Assembly (NCBI GenBank): GCA_963733175.1
Contig: CAVTCL010000003.1
Coordinates: forward strand, 11,640 to 75,639
Length of the DNA: 64,000 bases
Origin: an uncultured Actinomycetota bacterium
Lineage (GTDB): Bacteria > Actinomycetota > CALGFH01
Reading direction: 5' to 3'
Shown in pieces: positions 19,925 to 29,370 of this stretch (positions within the stretch are counted from its first letter, which is position 1; each line of letters opens with the position of its first letter). The translations under genes were made by a program, and so were the position numbers. The notes beneath the pieces were generated by a model. That model was not told the origin of the DNA and searched no databases. It saw only the letters and a program-made list of their open reading frames with translations.

Positions 19925-21754
19925 CTACCCGAGCACCGTGACGACGCCTTCGCTGCCGTCGACCCGGATGCGCTGGCCGGTCTTGATGGTGGCGACCGCC
20001 TTGCCGGTGCCGATCACCGCCGGGAGGCCGTACTCGCGGCAGATGATGGCGGTGTGGCTCATGATCCCGCCGACGTCGGAGACGGTGGCGGCGATCCGGG
20101 AGAACACCGGCGACCACGACGGCGAGGTGGCCGGGCAGACCAGGATCTCGCCCTCCTGGACCTGGTCCAGCTCGGTGACGTGGCGCACGACCCGGGCCGG
20201 GCCCTCGACCACCCCGGGCGACCCGGCCACCCCGCGCAGGGTCGCCTGGCCGTCGCCGTCGCCCTCGCCTTCCCGGAGCCATTCGCCGACCGTGTCGGTG
20301 GTGATGCCCCAGAGCATGACCGTGAACGGCTCGCTCACCTCGGCCGGCGGCGGCCCGAGGGCGGGGACGGCGTCGGCCGCCGACAGCGCCGCGTGGATGC
20401 GGCGCCGCTCGGTCACGATCGGCCGCCAGTAGTCGGCCCCCCGGGCCCTGCTCCCCACCGACCAGGCGGCCACGGCGTCGTACAGCGCCTCCATGACCTC
20501 GTAGCGGCGCAGGAAGAACATGTCCTCGGGGTCGTCGAAGATGCCCATGGCCTGGAGGGCCCGCGACAGCTCCTTGGACTTGCCCCAGAAGGTGGCCCAC
20601 AGCCAGTGCTCGATGTAGAGCACGTGCTCCTCGATGTAGACGAACACCTTGCGGGCCAGGGCGACCATCTCGTCGAAGGCGGCCTGGTCGCCTTCGGCCA
20701 GCAGCGCCCGGTACTCGGCGGTGATCCGGTCGCGCTCGGCCAGGACCTGCTCGGTCGGGCGGTCGAGGGCCTCGCCGGCCCGCAGCCGGCGCACGTACTC
20801 CTTGACCGAGGCCAGCGGGATGCCGGGGTCGTCCAGCCAGGTGTCGTAGTAGTGGTAGCCGCCCGGGTGCCCGGGGTCGGTGTTGAACAGGAACCACGGG
20901 TCCGAGGTCCGCTCCCAGTCGGCCACCCACTCGCGGCCGCCCTCGCTCCCCTTGAGCTCCTCGAACAGCGAGCCCGGGTCGCCGGCGCCAAGGACGGCCT
21001 CGCCGACCCCGAGGCGCTCGGCCTCCTTGGCCAGGCGCTTGAGCTCGTCGTCGGGCCGGTACAGGTCGACGTGGAGGCCGCCCACCATGCGCGAGATCGA
21101 CTGGTCGGTGATGTCACCGAACGCCTGCTTGGCGAACATGAAGAAGGTCAGGTAGGCGGCGTAGCCGACGTTGAGCAGCTCGAAGTGGTACTGGTAGGTC
21201 TTGTACATGGTCAGGACGAGGTTGGAGAAGTCCTCGATCATCCGGTACCCGGACGAGTAGCCGACGTGGTCGAAGACCACCGACTCGTCCTCCAGCTCGG
21301 GCAGGGGCTCGAACCGGATCGCCTTGATCTCCTCCAGGTGGGCGGTGACCTTGTCCTTCCACTCGGCGTAGATCTGGTCCCAGTGCTCGTAGTAGTGGCC
21401 GCCGCGGCGGCCGAACAGCTCGGCCCGCGCGGGCACGCTCTCGGGCGGCGCCGGGACCGGGGTCACGTACAGGTAGCCGTTGAGGATCCGCTGGTCCACC
21501 CCGAAGGCGGGCGGCATGGCGAAGATGCGGGTGTTGAACGCCCCCAGGGCCTGCCACCAGCACTCGCACTGGATCTCGTCGTAGGGGTGGAGCACGCCCG
21601 GGTGGTGCAGCCGGTCCTGGAACCAGAACCGCTGCTCGTCCAGGTCGCGGCGGTCGTCGCCGAACAGGTGGTACCAGTTGTACATCTGCTCCCAGCCCTC
21701 GGCCCCCTCGGGCGTCGGCACCTCGAACGGGCTGGGGAAGCGGTCCTGGCTCAA
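19925..21754 (-). CDS. PEP-utilising enzyme with mobile (swivel His) domain (PpsA-like), copy 2 (intact)
   Basis: 609 aa (M/L)SQDRFPSPFEVPTPEGAEGWEQMYNWYHLF...GVAGSPGVVEGPARVV...EILVCPATSPSWSPVFSRIAATVSDVGGIMSHTAIICREYGLPAVIGTG; TTG start overlaps the BMC vertex gene stop (TTGA). Confidence 0.85.
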   Translation of the reverse strand: MSQDRFPSPFEVPTPEGAEGWEQMYNWYHLFGDDRRDLDEQRFWFQDRLHHPGVLHPYDEIQCECWWQALGAFNTRIFAMPPAFGVDQRILNGYLYVTPVPAPPESVPARAELFGRRGGHYYEHWDQIYAEWKDKVTAHLEEIKAIRFEPLPELEDESVVFDHVGYSSGYRMIEDFSNLVLTMYKTYQYHFELLNVGYAAYLTFFMFAKQAFGDITDQSISRMVGGLHVDLYRPDDELKRLAKEAERLGVGEAVLGAGDPGSLFEELKGSEGGREWVADWERTSDPWFLFNTDPGHPGGYHYYDTWLDDPGIPLASVKEYVRRLRAGEALDRPTEQVLAERDRITAEYRALLAEGDQAAFDEMVALARKVFVYIEEHVLYIEHWLWATFWGKSKELSRALQAMGIFDDPEDMFFLRRYEVMEALYDAVAAWSVGSRARGADYWRPIVTERRRIHAALSAADAVPALGPPPAEVSEPFTVMLWGITTDTVGEWLREGEGDGDGQATLRGVAGSPGVVEGPARVVRHVTELDQVQEGEILVCPATSPSWSPVFSRIAATVSDVGGIMSHTAIICREYGLPAVIGTGKAVATIKTGQRIRVDGSEGVVTVLG

Positions 21755-22059
21755 GGGCTGGTCCTTTCCGCTCGGCGTTCCGCTCGGCGGGGCTTGGGGG
21801 AGGTGGGCGGGGTCGGGAGCCGGTCGGCGCCCGCGACCAGGGCGACCACGGCCGCGTCGACGGCCGCCCCGCCGGTGGCGGTCTGGGCGGCGTCGTCGGT
21901 GACGACCAGCACGGTGTTGCCGGCGGCCACGTCGACCAGGTCGACGGCCACGTGCGCGGCCGAGGTGGACAGGTCCCGGACCAGCACCATGCGGCGGCCG
22001 TCCAGGTCGGGCACCTGGCGCTCGGACCAGACCCGGCCGAGGACCTCGGCCAGCAGCAT
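21751..22059 (-). CDS. bacterial microcompartment vertex protein (BMC-P, EutN/CcmL/PduN family)
   Basis: 102 aa MLLAEVLGRVWSERQVPDLDGRRMVLVRDL...GNTVLVVTDDAAQTATGGAAVDAAVVALV matches the PF03319 pattern (V.G.vw..r...l.g..l.lv...G..vl...g.a....vDaavv); ATG overlaps the BMC-H stop (ATGA). Confidence 0.8.
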   Translation of the reverse strand: MLLAEVLGRVWSERQVPDLDGRRMVLVRDLSTSAAHVAVDLVDVAAGNTVLVVTDDAAQTATGGAAVDAAVVALVAGADRLPTPPTSPKPRRAERRAERTSP

Positions 22060-22397
22060 CAGGCGCTCCCGCGGGACTTCTTGCCGGACTCGATCGCCCG
22101 GCCCGAGAGCTGCTCGGCGGTGCCGTTGGCCAGCAGCGCCGAGGCGACCTCGTGCGGCTTGGGGTAGATCTGGGCCGAGCGCAGGTCGCCGTAGCGGCGG
22201 ACCGCCTCGGCGCCGGCGTCCATGGCCTGGCGGACGGCGGCGATGCTGCCCTGGATGGCGGCGGCGAAGTAGCCGCTGGACACCCGCTCGACGGCGACGC
22301 ACTCCACGTCGGCGGTCTTCATCATGGCTTCGATCCCGGCCGTGAGCCCGACCACCCCGCGGGTCTCGAACAGGCCGATGGCACGCTCCGACGGCAT
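22059..22397 (-). CDS. bacterial microcompartment shell protein, BMC-H (PF00936), copy 1, with a C-terminal tail
   Basis: MPSERAIGLFETRGVVGLTAGIEAMMKTADVECVAVERVSSGYFAAAIQGSIAAVRQAMDAGAEAV then about 35 aa of tail; aggagg Shine-Dalgarno. Confidence 0.85.
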   Translation of the reverse strand: MPSERAIGLFETRGVVGLTAGIEAMMKTADVECVAVERVSSGYFAAAIQGSIAAVRQAMDAGAEAVRRYGDLRSAQIYPKPHEVASALLANGTAEQLSGRAIESGKKSRGSA

Positions 22398-22406
22398 CTG
22401 GGCCTC

Positions 22407-22700
22407 CTATCCGTCCAGCAGCCGCGGGTTGCCGGCGATGGCCGCGACCGGCCGGCTCGGGCTGGCGAAGATGATCGACTTGACCTTGCCCCGGGAGACG
22501 GCCCTGGCCGTCTCCTCCCCGATCTCCACCGCCTCCTCGACGGTGGCCAGGTCGCCCCCGAGGGCGACCGCGACCAGTCCCCCGCCCAGGCGCATCACCC
22601 CGTTCACCCGCACCTCGGTCGCCTTCACCATCGCGTCGATGGCGTCGAAGATGGGGACGAACCCTTCGGCCTCGATGAACCCGGCCGCCTCGTTGGCCAT
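22407..22700 (-). CDS. bacterial microcompartment shell protein, BMC-H, copy 2
   Basis: MANEAAGFIEAEGFVPIFDAIDAMVKATEVRVNGVMRLGGGLVAVALGGDLATVEEAVEIGEETARAV; ggagg Shine-Dalgarno. Confidence 0.85.
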   Translation of the reverse strand: MANEAAGFIEAEGFVPIFDAIDAMVKATEVRVNGVMRLGGGLVAVALGGDLATVEEAVEIGEETARAVSRGKVKSIIFASPSRPVAAIAGNPRLLDG

Positions 22701-22723
22701 GCCGCTCCTCCCTCTCGTGCGTG

Positions 22724-23549
22724 TCAGGTGCCGTCCAGCCAGGTGACCACGGCCGCCCCGGTCCCCCAGACCGGGCCGTACTCGAGCACCCGGGCCTGGC
22801 CGTCGCAGGCGCCGCTGCCGGCCAGGAAGGCCAGCGCCCGGAACTGGCTGTCCGCCTGCGCCTCGCGGGCGTACTGCTCGCGCAGGGCCAGCGACCTCGT
22901 CGGTCCGGCCGGCGGCGAGCAGGTCGAGCACGCGGCGGTTCCAGGCGTCGTGGCCGGCGTCCTCGAAGCGGTCCTCGGCCGGCTCGATCCAGCGCTGGAT
23001 GAGGCCCGAGGACAGGCCCGAGATGGCCACGAAGGCGACCCGCCGGCCGAGCTCGCCGGCCGCCCGGGCCGCCGCCTCGGCGATCCGGCCGAGGTCGCCG
23101 GCGGCGGCGTACAGGTTGCAGGAGACCAGCGCGATCGGGCGCGAGCGGTCGGGGTCGACCAGCCGGCCGGCGACCACCGTGCCGGTGTCGACCGGGAAGC
23201 CGTCGTAGCGGGTGCGCCTGGCCTGGAAGCCCATGTCCTCGGCCTGGCAGGCCCAGGCCTCGGCCAGCTCCACGTCGACCCGGAGGTCGTAGTCGAGGGT
23301 GCCGTAGTCGTAGGCGTACCAGTTCTCGTCGACGTGGTGGCCGCGGGGGTTGGGGTCGACCTGGAACTGGTGGCCGAGCACGGTGAACCACTGGGTCGAG
23401 AGGACCACGAACGCGTCCGGGCCGGCCGCCAGGAGGTCCCGGCCGGCCTGCCGGGCCGCGTCGGCCAGCAGCTTCCAGCTCGGCGCCGGCTCGGCCGCCA
23501 GCAGGTGCGGCATCCCCGGGACGAGGGCCGCCCCGACGACCGCCTTCAT
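22724..23549 (-). CDS. LigB-type (class III) extradiol ring-cleavage dioxygenase subunit, copy 2 (AmnA/AmnB-like), apparent frameshift near the 3' end
   Basis: MKAVVGAALVPGMPHLLAAEPAPS...VVLSTQWF...HQFQVDPNPRGHHVDENWYAYDYGTLDYDLRVDVELAEAWA...; the C-terminal ..LALREQYAREAQADSQFRALAFLAGSGACDGQARVLEYGPVWGTGAAVVTWLDGT* is found in another frame from about 22895. Confidence 0.75.
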
Positions 23550-23562
23550 CGGGCACCCCGCT

Positions 23563-24528
23563 CACGAACGGGCTCCGGTCATCGGGGCGGGGCCGGCCGG
23601 CGTCGTCGGGGCCGGGGGCCCAGCCCGGCGGGGCGGGATGGGCCAGGGCCGGGCTGGCCGGGTCCCATTCGATCACCGCGTTGCCGGTGCCGATGATGGT
23701 CCCGTAGCCGAGCACGTCCCCCGGGATCTCCGGCCAGCCGAGGGCCGACAGCAGCCACGACAGGCTGCCCGCCTTGACCTCGGCCGCGGTGGCCTCGATG
23801 TGGCGGGGCAGGAACGCCCGCAGCTCCCGGGTCCTGCCCGCCCGGACCAGGGTGAGGAGATCCATGTCCCAGCGGTACTGGTGGTCGTCGTAGGGGTGCT
23901 CGGCGGCCATGTCCTCCGGCACCTCCGGCTCCCGGTCCCAGTGGAGGTGGGAAAGCGAGTTCGACCCGGCCAGCACGGCCCGCCGCCCGGTCTGCTCGAC
24001 GGCCCGGCGGGTGGCCGCGCCGAGGCGTTCCATCTGCTCCAGGTCGGCGTCGGAGTAGAAGTAGGGGTTGTTGTTGGCCGACAGCGACACCACCGGGACG
24101 TCCCAGTCCGGGTTGAGCAGGTGCAGGGCGCCGATGGTGGCGTAGTCGACCCGCACCCCCGGGTTGGTCATCTTGCGGGTGACCAGGCCGGCGTCGGCGG
24201 CGCAGTCGGCGATCGCCTCGGCCAGCTCGACGTCGGTGCGGAAGTCGTACCGGTAGCGCAGCAGGTGCGGGAAGATCGGCTCGACCGACAGGCCGCGGGG
24301 GTTGGGCACGCAGTTCACGTGGTGGCCGACCATGGTGATCCAGTGGGGGGCGTGGACCACGATCACGTCGGGCCGGTGCCGCTCCCGCAGCCGCCGCCTG
24401 GCCTCCTGATAGGCCCAGCGCAGCAGCTCCCAGCCACCCCGGGAGCGGGGCTCGTTCTGGGGCGGGTTCTCGGCGTAGATCAGATGCGGCGGGTGCGGCG
24501 CCAGGTACCCGGCCACGATCCCCGGCAT
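23563..24528 (-). CDS. LigB-type (class III) extradiol ring-cleavage dioxygenase subunit, copy 1 (AmnB/AmnA-like); 3' end uncertain
   Basis: MPGIVAGYLAPHPPHLIYAENPPQNEP...VVHAPHWITMVGHHVNCVPNPRGLSVEPIFPHLLRYRYDF...GYGTIIGTGNAVIEWD; no stop in this frame, while the +1 frame has a TGA at 23563-23565, 14 nt before the next ATG, so an indel near 23570-23660 is likely. Confidence 0.7.
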
Positions 24529-24679
24529 GCGGTCGTCGCCGTCCGGGCCCGGTCCGGCCGCCGGGACGGCCGCCGGAGGCTGGGCCGTCCGCGGCGCCCG
24601 CCGCCGGTCCCCCACGGTGACGTGGAAGACACGCGACATGCCCGGACGCTAGCCACCGGCTCGCCCGTTGCCTACGCTT

Positions 24680-24700
24680 GTGTCCGGTATCACCGGACAC
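24680..24700. promoter_or_regulatory. perfect inverted repeat GTGTCCGGT-atc-ACCGGACAC in the divergent IclR / dioxygenase-BMC promoter region; candidate operator
   Basis: 9-bp arms are exact reverse complements with a 3-bp spacer, 18 nt upstream of the IclR ATG (24718) and about 150 nt upstream of the dioxygenase ATG (24528). Confidence 0.55.
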
Positions 24701-24717
24701 CTGGCGGTAGGGCTGGG

Positions 24718-25479
24718 ATGACGAACAACGTCGCCCGGGTGGGCTCGGTCACCAAGGCGGCGCGGGTGCTGCAGGCGTTCACGCCGTTGGTGACCTTGCT
24801 CAGTGTGCGGCAGGTGGCCGAGCGGACCGGGATCCCGCGGAGCACCGCGCATGCGCTGTGCGTGACCCTGTGCGATGCCGGGCTGCTGGAGGAGGCGGCG
24901 GGCCGGGGATACCGGCTGGGGCCGGCCCTGGTCGGGCTCGGCGGGCAGGTGATCGAGCGGACCGGGCTGGTCGACGCCGCCGAGGGGGTGCTGGACCGCC
25001 TGGGTCCCGGGGACGGGCTCGAGATCCACCTGGGCCAGCTCGTCGGGGGGTGGGTCGTGTACCTGGACCGGGCCAGCGGGCCGGTGCGGGCGCCGATGCA
25101 CAACCGGGTCGGGCTGCGGGCCCCGGCCCACCTGACCGGGTGCGGCAAGGCCGCCCTGGCGCTGCTGCCGCCGGCCGAGGTGGCGGCCCGGGTCGAGGCG
25201 GTGTGCGCGGCCGAGTCGCGCCAGCTCCCCGACCTGCGCGCCCTGGCCGGGGAGCTGGCCGCCGCCCGGCGGGCCGGGTTCGTGGTCAGCGACACCTTCC
25301 AGGCCGGCCGCACCTCGGTGGCCGCCCCCGTCCCCGACCCGGCCGGCCAGCCGGCCGGCGGCATCTCGGTCGCCGGCCCGACCCCGCTGCTGGCCGGCGC
25401 CCGCCTCGACCGGATCCGGGACCAGGTGGTGGCGGCGGCCAGCCTGATCGGCCAGCGCCTGGCCGGCCCCGGCCGCTGA
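24718..25479 (+). CDS. IclR-family transcriptional regulator, divergent from the BMC/dioxygenase operon
   Basis: MTNNVARVGSVTKAARVLQAF...LSVRQVAERTGIPRSTAHALCVTLCDAGLL (helix-turn-helix) plus an effector domain; 253 aa. Confidence 0.8.
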   Translation: MTNNVARVGSVTKAARVLQAFTPLVTLLSVRQVAERTGIPRSTAHALCVTLCDAGLLEEAAGRGYRLGPALVGLGGQVIERTGLVDAAEGVLDRLGPGDGLEIHLGQLVGGWVVYLDRASGPVRAPMHNRVGLRAPAHLTGCGKAALALLPPAEVAARVEAVCAAESRQLPDLRALAGELAAARRAGFVVSDTFQAGRTSVAAPVPDPAGQPAGGISVAGPTPLLAGARLDRIRDQVVAAASLIGQRLAGPGR

Positions 25480-25503
25480 GCGGCCAGGGCATCCGCACGT
25501 CCG

Positions 25504-26656
25504 TCAGGCCCGGTCCGGGGACGGGGACCTGACGGCCCCGGCGATCTGGCCGGCGATCCGCTCGGCGTCCCGGCCGACCCCGCCGAGCAGCGAGGAGGTG
25601 AACCCGCTCAGGAACCACAGGCCGATGAAGTACAGGCCGGGCTGGGACGCGACCACGCCGCGGTCGTGCCGCGGGAGGCCGTCCTGGTCGAAGACCGGCA
25701 GGTCGACCCAGCCGAAGTCGGGCCGCGACCCGGTGCACCAGATGAGGTTGGCCACCTCCATGACGCGGCCGTCCTCCAGCACCGGGAGGCCGTCGCGCAC
25801 CCCGACCGTCCGCGGCACCCGCTCGACCCCGGCGGCGGCCAGCTCCTTGGGCCGCACCCGCTCCAGCGGCGCGGGGGTGATGCAGGGCCTTGGGCCGGAC
25901 CTTGCGGCCGACGGGGGTGTCGACGGTCAGCACGCGCGAGGCGAACCACCAGAACGGCGGGGTGAGCAGCCGGTCCCAGCGGCCGCCGGCGCGCACCGGG
26001 ATGTGGCCGGTGTCGGGGCCCGACAGCCAGGTCGGGTGGGCGCGCGAGACCTCCCAGGCGATCTCGGCCCCGGAGTTGCCGGCCCCCACCACCAGCACCC
26101 CGCCGGGCGCGCAGCTGGGAGGGGTTCCGGTAGCGGCTGGTGTCGAGCTGGACGATGCCCGGGTCGAGCTCGGCGGCGAAGGCGGGCACCCGGGGGCGCT
26201 GGTAGGCGCCGCTGGCCACCACCACCTGGTCGGCCTCCCAGCGGCGGTCGCCGGCCGCCACCAGGAAGCGGCCGCGCTGCCCAGGCGAGCCGGTCGACGC
26301 GGACGCCGTGGCGCACCGGGAGCTCGAACCGGGCGGCGTAGGCCTCCAGGTAGTCGGCGACCTCGTCCCTGGTCGGGGAACGACCAGGCCGGCGCGGGGA
26401 AGGGCAGGCCGGGCAGCCCCGAGTAGCGCGCCGGGGTGAACAGGCGCAGCGAGTCCCAGCGCCGCCGCCAGGCGTCCCCGGTCCGCTGGTCGGCGTCGAG
26501 GATCACGAACGGCCGGTCCCGCCTGGCCAGGTGGTAGCCGACGGCCAGGCCGGCCTGCCCGCCGCCGACGATCACGGTCTCGATCCGCTCCCCCGCCCGG
26601 CGGGGCCCTGGCCGGGCCGCAGGCACGTCCTGCTGGTTGCCCATGGCCGCCTCCAT
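25504..26656 (-). CDS. FAD/NAD(P)-binding flavin-containing monooxygenase (CzcO/TrkA-C-like), multiple apparent frameshifts
   Basis: ..ETVIVGGGQAGLAVGYHLARRDRPFVILDADQRTGDAWRRRWDSLRLFTPARYSGLPGLPFP.. / ..FLVAAGDRRWEADQVVVASGAYQRPRVPAFAAELDPGIVQLDTSRYRNPSQL.. / GVLVVGAGNSGAEIAWEVSR.. / ..ELAAAGVERVPRTVGVRDGLPVLEDGRVMEVANLIWCTGSRPDFGWVDLPVFDQDGLPRHDRGVV..PGLYFIGL are spread over three or more frames. Confidence 0.7.
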
Positions 26657-27540
26657 CAGGACGCTCCCGAGCGCGGCCCGCAGCGCCTGCAGGAACGCCT
26701 CGGGCTGCTCGACGGCGGGGTCGTCGGCGGCCCGCTCGACCACGTGCAGGGGCCAGCCGTAGCGGGCGCTGGCCGCCTCGGCGAGGCCGAGCCGCACCTG
26801 CCGGTCGTGGCGCCCCCAGATCAGGGTGGTGGGGGCGGCGATCCGGGCCAGCTCGGCCGGCGGGATCGCCGGCACCCCGAGCTGCGGCATCAGGTGCTTG
26901 AGGGCCTTGTTCACCCCGGGCGCGCGGGCCCGGTCGAGCGCGTACGCCTCCACCAGCTCGCCGCGCTCCCCCAGCCGCTCGCGCAGCCCGTCGAGGTCGA
27001 AGACGCACTGGCGGAACAGCCGCTCCTGGGTGCCCTCGGTCGGGCGGGCGGCGTAGGCGACCATGGCCAGGGCGTAGCGCGGCGTCGGCCAGAACCGGCC
27101 GAGGCCATAGGTGTCGACCAGCACCAGCCGGCCGAGCCGGTCCGGGTGGTCGATGGCGAAGCGGGCGGCGATCGCGCCGCCGAGCAGGTGGCCCGACCAG
27201 CGCCGGCGGCGACGGGCAGGTGCGCTCGACCAGCTCGCCCAGCCAGGCGAGTCACCCCCGCGGTGTCCAGCGGCGCGCCGGCGAGTCCCGAGGCGCCGTG
27301 GCCGGGCAGGTCGGGGGCGATCACCCGGTGGGTCCGGACCAGCTCGGGGATCACCTGCAGCCAGCAGGCGGCGAACTCCCCGGGGCCGTGCAGCAGCACG
27401 ACCGGCGGGCCGTCGCCGCCCTCCAGCACCGCGGTCGGGTGGCCGGCCAGGGTCAGCCGTCGCTCGCGCACGGGAGCGCCGGCGAGCAGGCGTTCGCGGA
27501 TGCCCTCCCCGGCCCGCTGGCGGGCCTGCAACCTCGGCAT
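26656..27540 (-). CDS. alpha/beta-fold hydrolase, apparent frameshifts
   Basis: ..PVVLLHGPGEFAACWLQVIPELVRTHRVIAPDLPGHGASG.. then ..GHLLGGAIAARFAIDHPDRLGRLVLVD... then ..IWGRHDRQV..; GxSxG-like HLLGG nucleophile elbow; two indels at about 27215-27270; the stop is implied by a TGA/ATG junction at 26654-26658. Confidence 0.65.
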
Positions 27541-27679
27541 CGGAACTGGTCATGGCGGACTCCTCCTGGTCGTTCGGTGACCCTGCCCGGCCAGGATGGG
27601 ACCGGACGGGCGGGCCACGCATCGGCCGAACCCGCCAGCTCGACCGGACGGCCGGCATGGGTGATTGCCGCCAGGACGC

Positions 27680-29325
27680 TCAGATGAGGCCGTGCTGGTA
27701 GGCGTGGGCGGTGGCCGCGGCCCGCGAGGAGACGCCCAGCTTGGCGAGGATGTTGCTCATGTGCCGGTCCACGGTCCGCTCGCTGACGAACAGGTCGGCG
27801 GCGATGGCCCTGTTGGTCTCGCCGGCCGCCACCAGGCGCAGCACCTCCAGCTCGCGCGGGGTCAGCCCGCCCGCCCCGGCGGCCGCCCCACCGGAGAGCG
27901 CCTCCACCCGGGCCAGGTCGGGGGCGGCCGCCAGCTCGCGGAAGACCAGGCGGGCGGCCGCCAGCTCCAGCTCGGCGCAGTCCCGGTCTCCCAGCTCCCG
28001 GCAGGCCAGCCCGATCAGGGCCCTGACCCGCCCCGCCTCGTACGGCACCTCCAGCTCCTGCCAGGCCGTCCAGGCGGCGGCGCAGGGCGCCCAGCGCGGC
28101 CCGCGGGTCGCCCTGGGCGAGCAGGACCGCCCCGTTGGCGTGGGCGGCCACCGCGGTCAGGTAGGGCGCGCCGAGGTCGTCGGCGAGCCGGGTCAGCTCG
28201 TCGGCGGCGGCGCCGCGCCGCCTCCACCTCGCCGGCGGCCAGCAGGATCTCGACCTGCGCCGGGAGCAGCCGTGAGCGGGACACGCGGTCGGCCGCCTCG
28301 TCCACCACCCGGCGGATCGCGGCCGCGGCGGTGTCGACCTGGCCCTGGGCCAGCCGCAGCAGGGCCAGGCCGGGCTGGGGGTCGCGGCCCCACTGGCTGG
28401 CCTGGCGGTAGGCCTCCTCGGCTCTGGCGAACTCGCCGCGCAGCCGGTGGAGCTCGCCCTGCTGGTAGTAGGCCAGCCCGGCCGCCGGATGGCCAGGCGG
28501 GTCCGAGAGCCGCTCGGCGGCCCGCTCGGCCTCCTCCATGGCGTCCGGCCAGGCGCCGTGGAGGGCCATGATCTCGGAGCGGTGGACCAGGCACTGGCCC
28601 CGGAAGGGGACCAGCTCCGGCTGGGCGGCGCACCAGCGGGTCAGCGCCGCCGTCCACTGCTGGGCCCGGCCCAGGTCGTAGATCTCCTGGCAGGCTTCGA
28701 TCACGGCGCAGTAGACGATCCCGGCCACCATCGGCGACACCTCGTCGGCCTCGACGGCGACCATGGCCTCGTCCAACAGGGCCACGCCCGCCACCGTCTC
28801 CCCCTCCAGCAGCCGCGCCCCGCCCAGGCCGAGGCGACCCAGCGCCATCAGGTCCGGGTCGCCGAAGCGGGCGCCGATCCTGGCCACCTGGTCGAAGTCG
28901 GCCCCGGCGGCCGTGGCGTCGCCCTCGACCAGGGCCTGGAGCGCCCCCGGGAACAGCAGGTAGCCCCGCTCGACGCAGTCGAGCTGGCCGTCGTCGAGCA
29001 GCCGGCGGGCCCGGGCCATCCAGCCCCCACCCCGGGCATGGTCGCCCCGGTTGAGGTACGCGTAGGCCAGCCAGAACGCGCCCCGCACGGCGCGCTCCAC
29101 CTCGCCCCGGTGCAGGAACGCGTGATGGGCGCGCGTCCCGAACTCGGCGCCGTCGTCGTCCCGGCCCACCAGGTAGGCGGCGGTGGCCAGCAGCTCCAGG
29201 TCCTCCGGGCCCAGCGGGGCCTGGCGGTCGGCGGCCGACAGCTGGGCGAAGGCTCCCGCCCATGCCCGCCGCGCGAAGGCCCGCCGACCCTCCTCGAGAG
29301 CATCAGCGCCTGCCATTTCCGGCAC
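27680..29325 (-). CDS. LuxR-family transcriptional regulator (N-terminal helical/TPR-like region plus C-terminal LuxR helix-turn-helix), apparent frameshifts
   Basis: The C-terminus [45 protein letters not shown] is the canonical LuxR helix-turn-helix; the N-terminal [33 protein letters not shown]...[15 protein letters not shown] is typical of actinobacterial LuxR regulators; three frames are used between 27700 and 28150. Confidence 0.7.
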
Positions 29326-29370
29326 CTTACCGGTCCGGCCGGCCGGCGGACAGCCCCGGGGCCGCCCTCG

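Noticed and set aside
19685-22345. An 886-aa plus-strand ORF antisense to PpsA-2 and the BMC genes
   Set aside because: Antisense artefact. The minus-strand frames carry unmistakable PPDK mobile-domain and BMC (PF00936/PF03319-like) motifs.
21751-24639. A 962-aa ORF spanning the BMC vertex gene, both BMC-H genes and both LigB-type dioxygenases as one protein
   Set aside because: Open only because the GC-rich sequence lacks stops. Independent Shine-Dalgarno-preceded starts, 4-bp overlaps and domain boundaries show it is five separate genes. LigB-1 simply lacks a detectable stop in its own frame, probably because of an indel.
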